In this document: positions 61,441 through 64,000 of the stretch, piece by piece
How positions within the stretch are numbered: position 1 is the stretch's first letter
Layout of the letters: every line of letters begins with the position of its first letter
Source of the DNA: Octopus sinensis
Lineage: Eukaryota
Direction of reading: 5' to 3'
DNA: 64,000 nucleotides
Assembly (NCBI RefSeq): GCF_006345805.1
Contig: NC_043002.1
Location: 110,112,001-110,176,000 of the forward strand
Notes under the pieces: model-generated
What the model saw: the letters and a program-made list of their open reading frames with translations, nothing else
The model's database searches: none
What the model was told of the DNA's origin: nothing
Made by a program: the position numbers and the translations under genes

Positions 61441-61863
61441 TAATAATAATAATAATAATAATGGATGATGATGATGATAAATACAACTATTGTTACCATA
61501 GTAATATTTCTTTTGATTTATTCAGTCCTAGCACTTCTTAACATAATCATCTAATATATTAAGAACATCATATCCATTATCTACCTCAGATGGCACATGG
61601 TGGAGAACGTGCAAATACAGATGATATAAAAACCAAACTTGTGGCCTCCAAATTTGCCAGATCTGTATCCCATGGAGCATTGTTGAAAAAAAGACTAATT
61701 GTCATCCTAAAAATACAATGGCTTCACTGAATGCAGTCAATGTCCAGTTGATGTCCAAAATGAATAAGGACTATTTAGTGGTGATTTATTCCAGACCTGT
61801 GCTGAAGTAGTCATTGAAGCTGAAGGCAGATTCATAGAATAATCTTATTGAGAACATGTCATA

Positions 61864-62248
61864 CTCTTACTCTTTACTCTTTTACTTGTTTCAGTCATTT
61901 GACTGCGGCCATGCTGGAGCACCGCCTTTAGTCGAGCAAATCGACCCCAAGACTTATTCTTTGTAAGCCCAGTACTTATTCTATCGGTCTCTTTTGCCGA
62001 ACCGCTAAGTGACGGGGACATAAACACACCAGCATCGGTTGTCAAGCAAACACAGACACACAAACACACACACATACATATATATACATATATACGACAG
62101 GCTTCTTTCAGTTTCCGTCTACCAAATCCACTCACAAGGCATTGGTCGGCCCGGGGTTATAGCAGAAGACACTTGCCCAAGATGCCACGCAGTGGGACTG
62201 AACCCGGAACCATGTGGTTGGTTAGCAAGCTACTTACCACACAGCCAC
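61864..62248 (-). mobile_element. SINE family B
   Basis: Identity to family B. Confidence 0.9.
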
Positions 62249-62875
62249 CACAATTTTTTTTATTAAAATACATTTGTTTTATTAAATAGCTAAATATACC
62301 CTCAAATACTTCTCACACTTTGTATTGAACCAAAAATAATGAGAAGACTAATAAAAATGCCAAATTGTAAAACTTTGATATGGTTGCTAGCTGATGAAAT
62401 ATACTTGTATATGCAAAAACAGAAAATACTGAAGGGGATGATGGGTAACAAGGGATCTACTGATCTGCAAATTGGATAAGAATATAAGCAGAAAGTTTAG
62501 AAAATCTTGAACACAAAACTAAACAAAAGGAAAATCCTTAATGGAATCGACACTTTGATAATACTAGGGATCACATAATCTGCAGCCTTTCATCGGTGGA
62601 ATGAAAAATGAACTCAATGAAATGGATTAAGTTACTTCTATGGAGCAGTATTATTAGACTGCATTTGTCAAGAAAAAGGGATCCAGATGTCCATTTAAGA
62701 TAACATAGCAAACTTGGATATTATAGGACTACAGGTGTATGTTAAGAAAAATGGTAAGAAGCTTATATGTGCAATCAACATAAGTGATGATACATAGAGA
62801 CAAAAATGGATTACAAACAATAGGAAAAAGAGGAAATAAATTTTTAAAAAACAGGGAATAATAATAGGTAAAAGC

Positions 62876-63245
62876 TTGGCTGTGTGGTAAGAACTTTGCT
62901 CCTTAGCCACATAGTTCTGGGTTCAGTCCATAGCATGGTACATTGAGCAAATGTCTTCTGCTATGGCCTCAGGCTGACCAAATCCTTGTGAGTGGATTTG
63001 ATAGACAGAAGCTGAAAGAAGTCCATTGTATGTGTGTCTGTGTTTGTTCCCTTCACCTCCACTTGACAACCAGTGTTGGTGTGTTTATATCCCCGTAACT
63101 TGGTAGTTTGGCAAAAGAGTCTGACAGAGTAAATGCCAGGCTCAGAAAAAAATGTACTGGGATCTATTTGTTTGATTAAAATTCTTCAAGATAGTACTCC
63201 AGCATGGTCGCAGTCTGATGACTGAAACAAATAAAAGATAACATA
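62876..63245 (+). mobile_element. SINE family B, diverged
   Basis: Degenerate similarity over the full length. Confidence 0.75.
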
Positions 63246-63531
63246 AAAGATAATAAATATTTGATTTTAGATACCCCTAAAGGGAAATTTTATCAACAAA
63301 TTGCTTGAATAAACTCTGTTATTCAAAATTTTCCTCTCAATTTATTACACATGTGAGGCCCTACTATGTGTACTTATACAGAATATACCACGGAAGTGCT
63401 TTTCCTCTGCCATATTGTTGATTTGCATCGTAAATGTCACTACATCCCCCCCCCCCCCCGCTCTCTGTTGGTTTCACTGCTTCACCAGTTGGCTGTAAAG
63501 ACTTGATTCACTCCAGTCTGCATTGTCTTTA

Positions 63532-63931
63532 TCTTTATATATAAAAGTGAAGTTGTGTGTCTGTCTCCTACGATTTAGATTCCTAACTACTCCCACATTT
63601 TGCGGTGCAGTTTAACCAAAACCGGGTATCTTATAGTTGTGATTCATATTGAGCCCTTCTGGGTATTAGCGCGCACCTACGATGAGTCTACGATTTAAAA
63701 AAAACTTTACCATCATTTTTTTCCATTTTAATACATTTTTTCGCTATTATATAAGGGAAGTAACTCTCTAAAAATGTCTACGATGAGTCAACGATTTAAA
63801 AAAAAATTTACCATAATTTTTTTTCCATTTTTAATGCATTTTTTTTGCTATTTTTTTGGCTATAACTCTCTAAAAATGCTTATATAGTTATTTCCCTTAC
63901 AAACCCGAGCAACGCCGGGCGATACTGCTAG
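63532..63931 (+). mobile_element. Helitron-type non-autonomous element
   Basis: A|TC start, subterminal hairpin cccg-agcaacgc-cggg, CTAG|T end. Confidence 0.8.
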
Positions 63932-64000
63932 TTTTCCATAAATTTTGATTAGCCAAAGCTTTAAAGTTACTTCCCTTACATGTTCTCTTTTTAGTTTTTA

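Overview
AT-rich animal genomic DNA, most likely octopus/coleoid cephalopod (inferred from the SINE/LINE repertoire and (TA)n/(TAA)n/(GAT)n microsatellites; not checkable here), with a 100-N gap at 52245-52344. Almost all ORF-track entries are noise or TE fragments. The genes are spliced and on the minus strand. Reading splice signals by hand gives a phase-consistent chain of 11 exons from about 54.8 kb to 0.8 kb: hydrophobic N-terminus, linker, 10-Cys EMI-like domain, then calcium-binding EGF repeats, continuing off the left edge. The chain includes three isolated micro-exons (15, 15, 18 nt). At 56.6-59.1 kb two more cbEGF exons, a candidate last exon and a decayed exon copy suggest the 3' end of an upstream tandem paralogue. 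The introns hold four short-repeat families plus RTE, R4/Dong, CR1/L2-like, Tx1-like, Penelope-like, Gypsy, mariner, MULE, Merlin, piggyBac-type and Helitron-type relics. Best second-look items: the micro-exon gene, a complete minimal type I hammerhead ribozyme (33935-34017) sense to the host pre-mRNA, a 628-bp ~99% inverted duplication and four smaller fold-backs, and a Cys-to-Tyr EGF codon that A-to-I editing would restore. The EGF exons are secure; the 5' exons are hand predictions needing RNA-seq.
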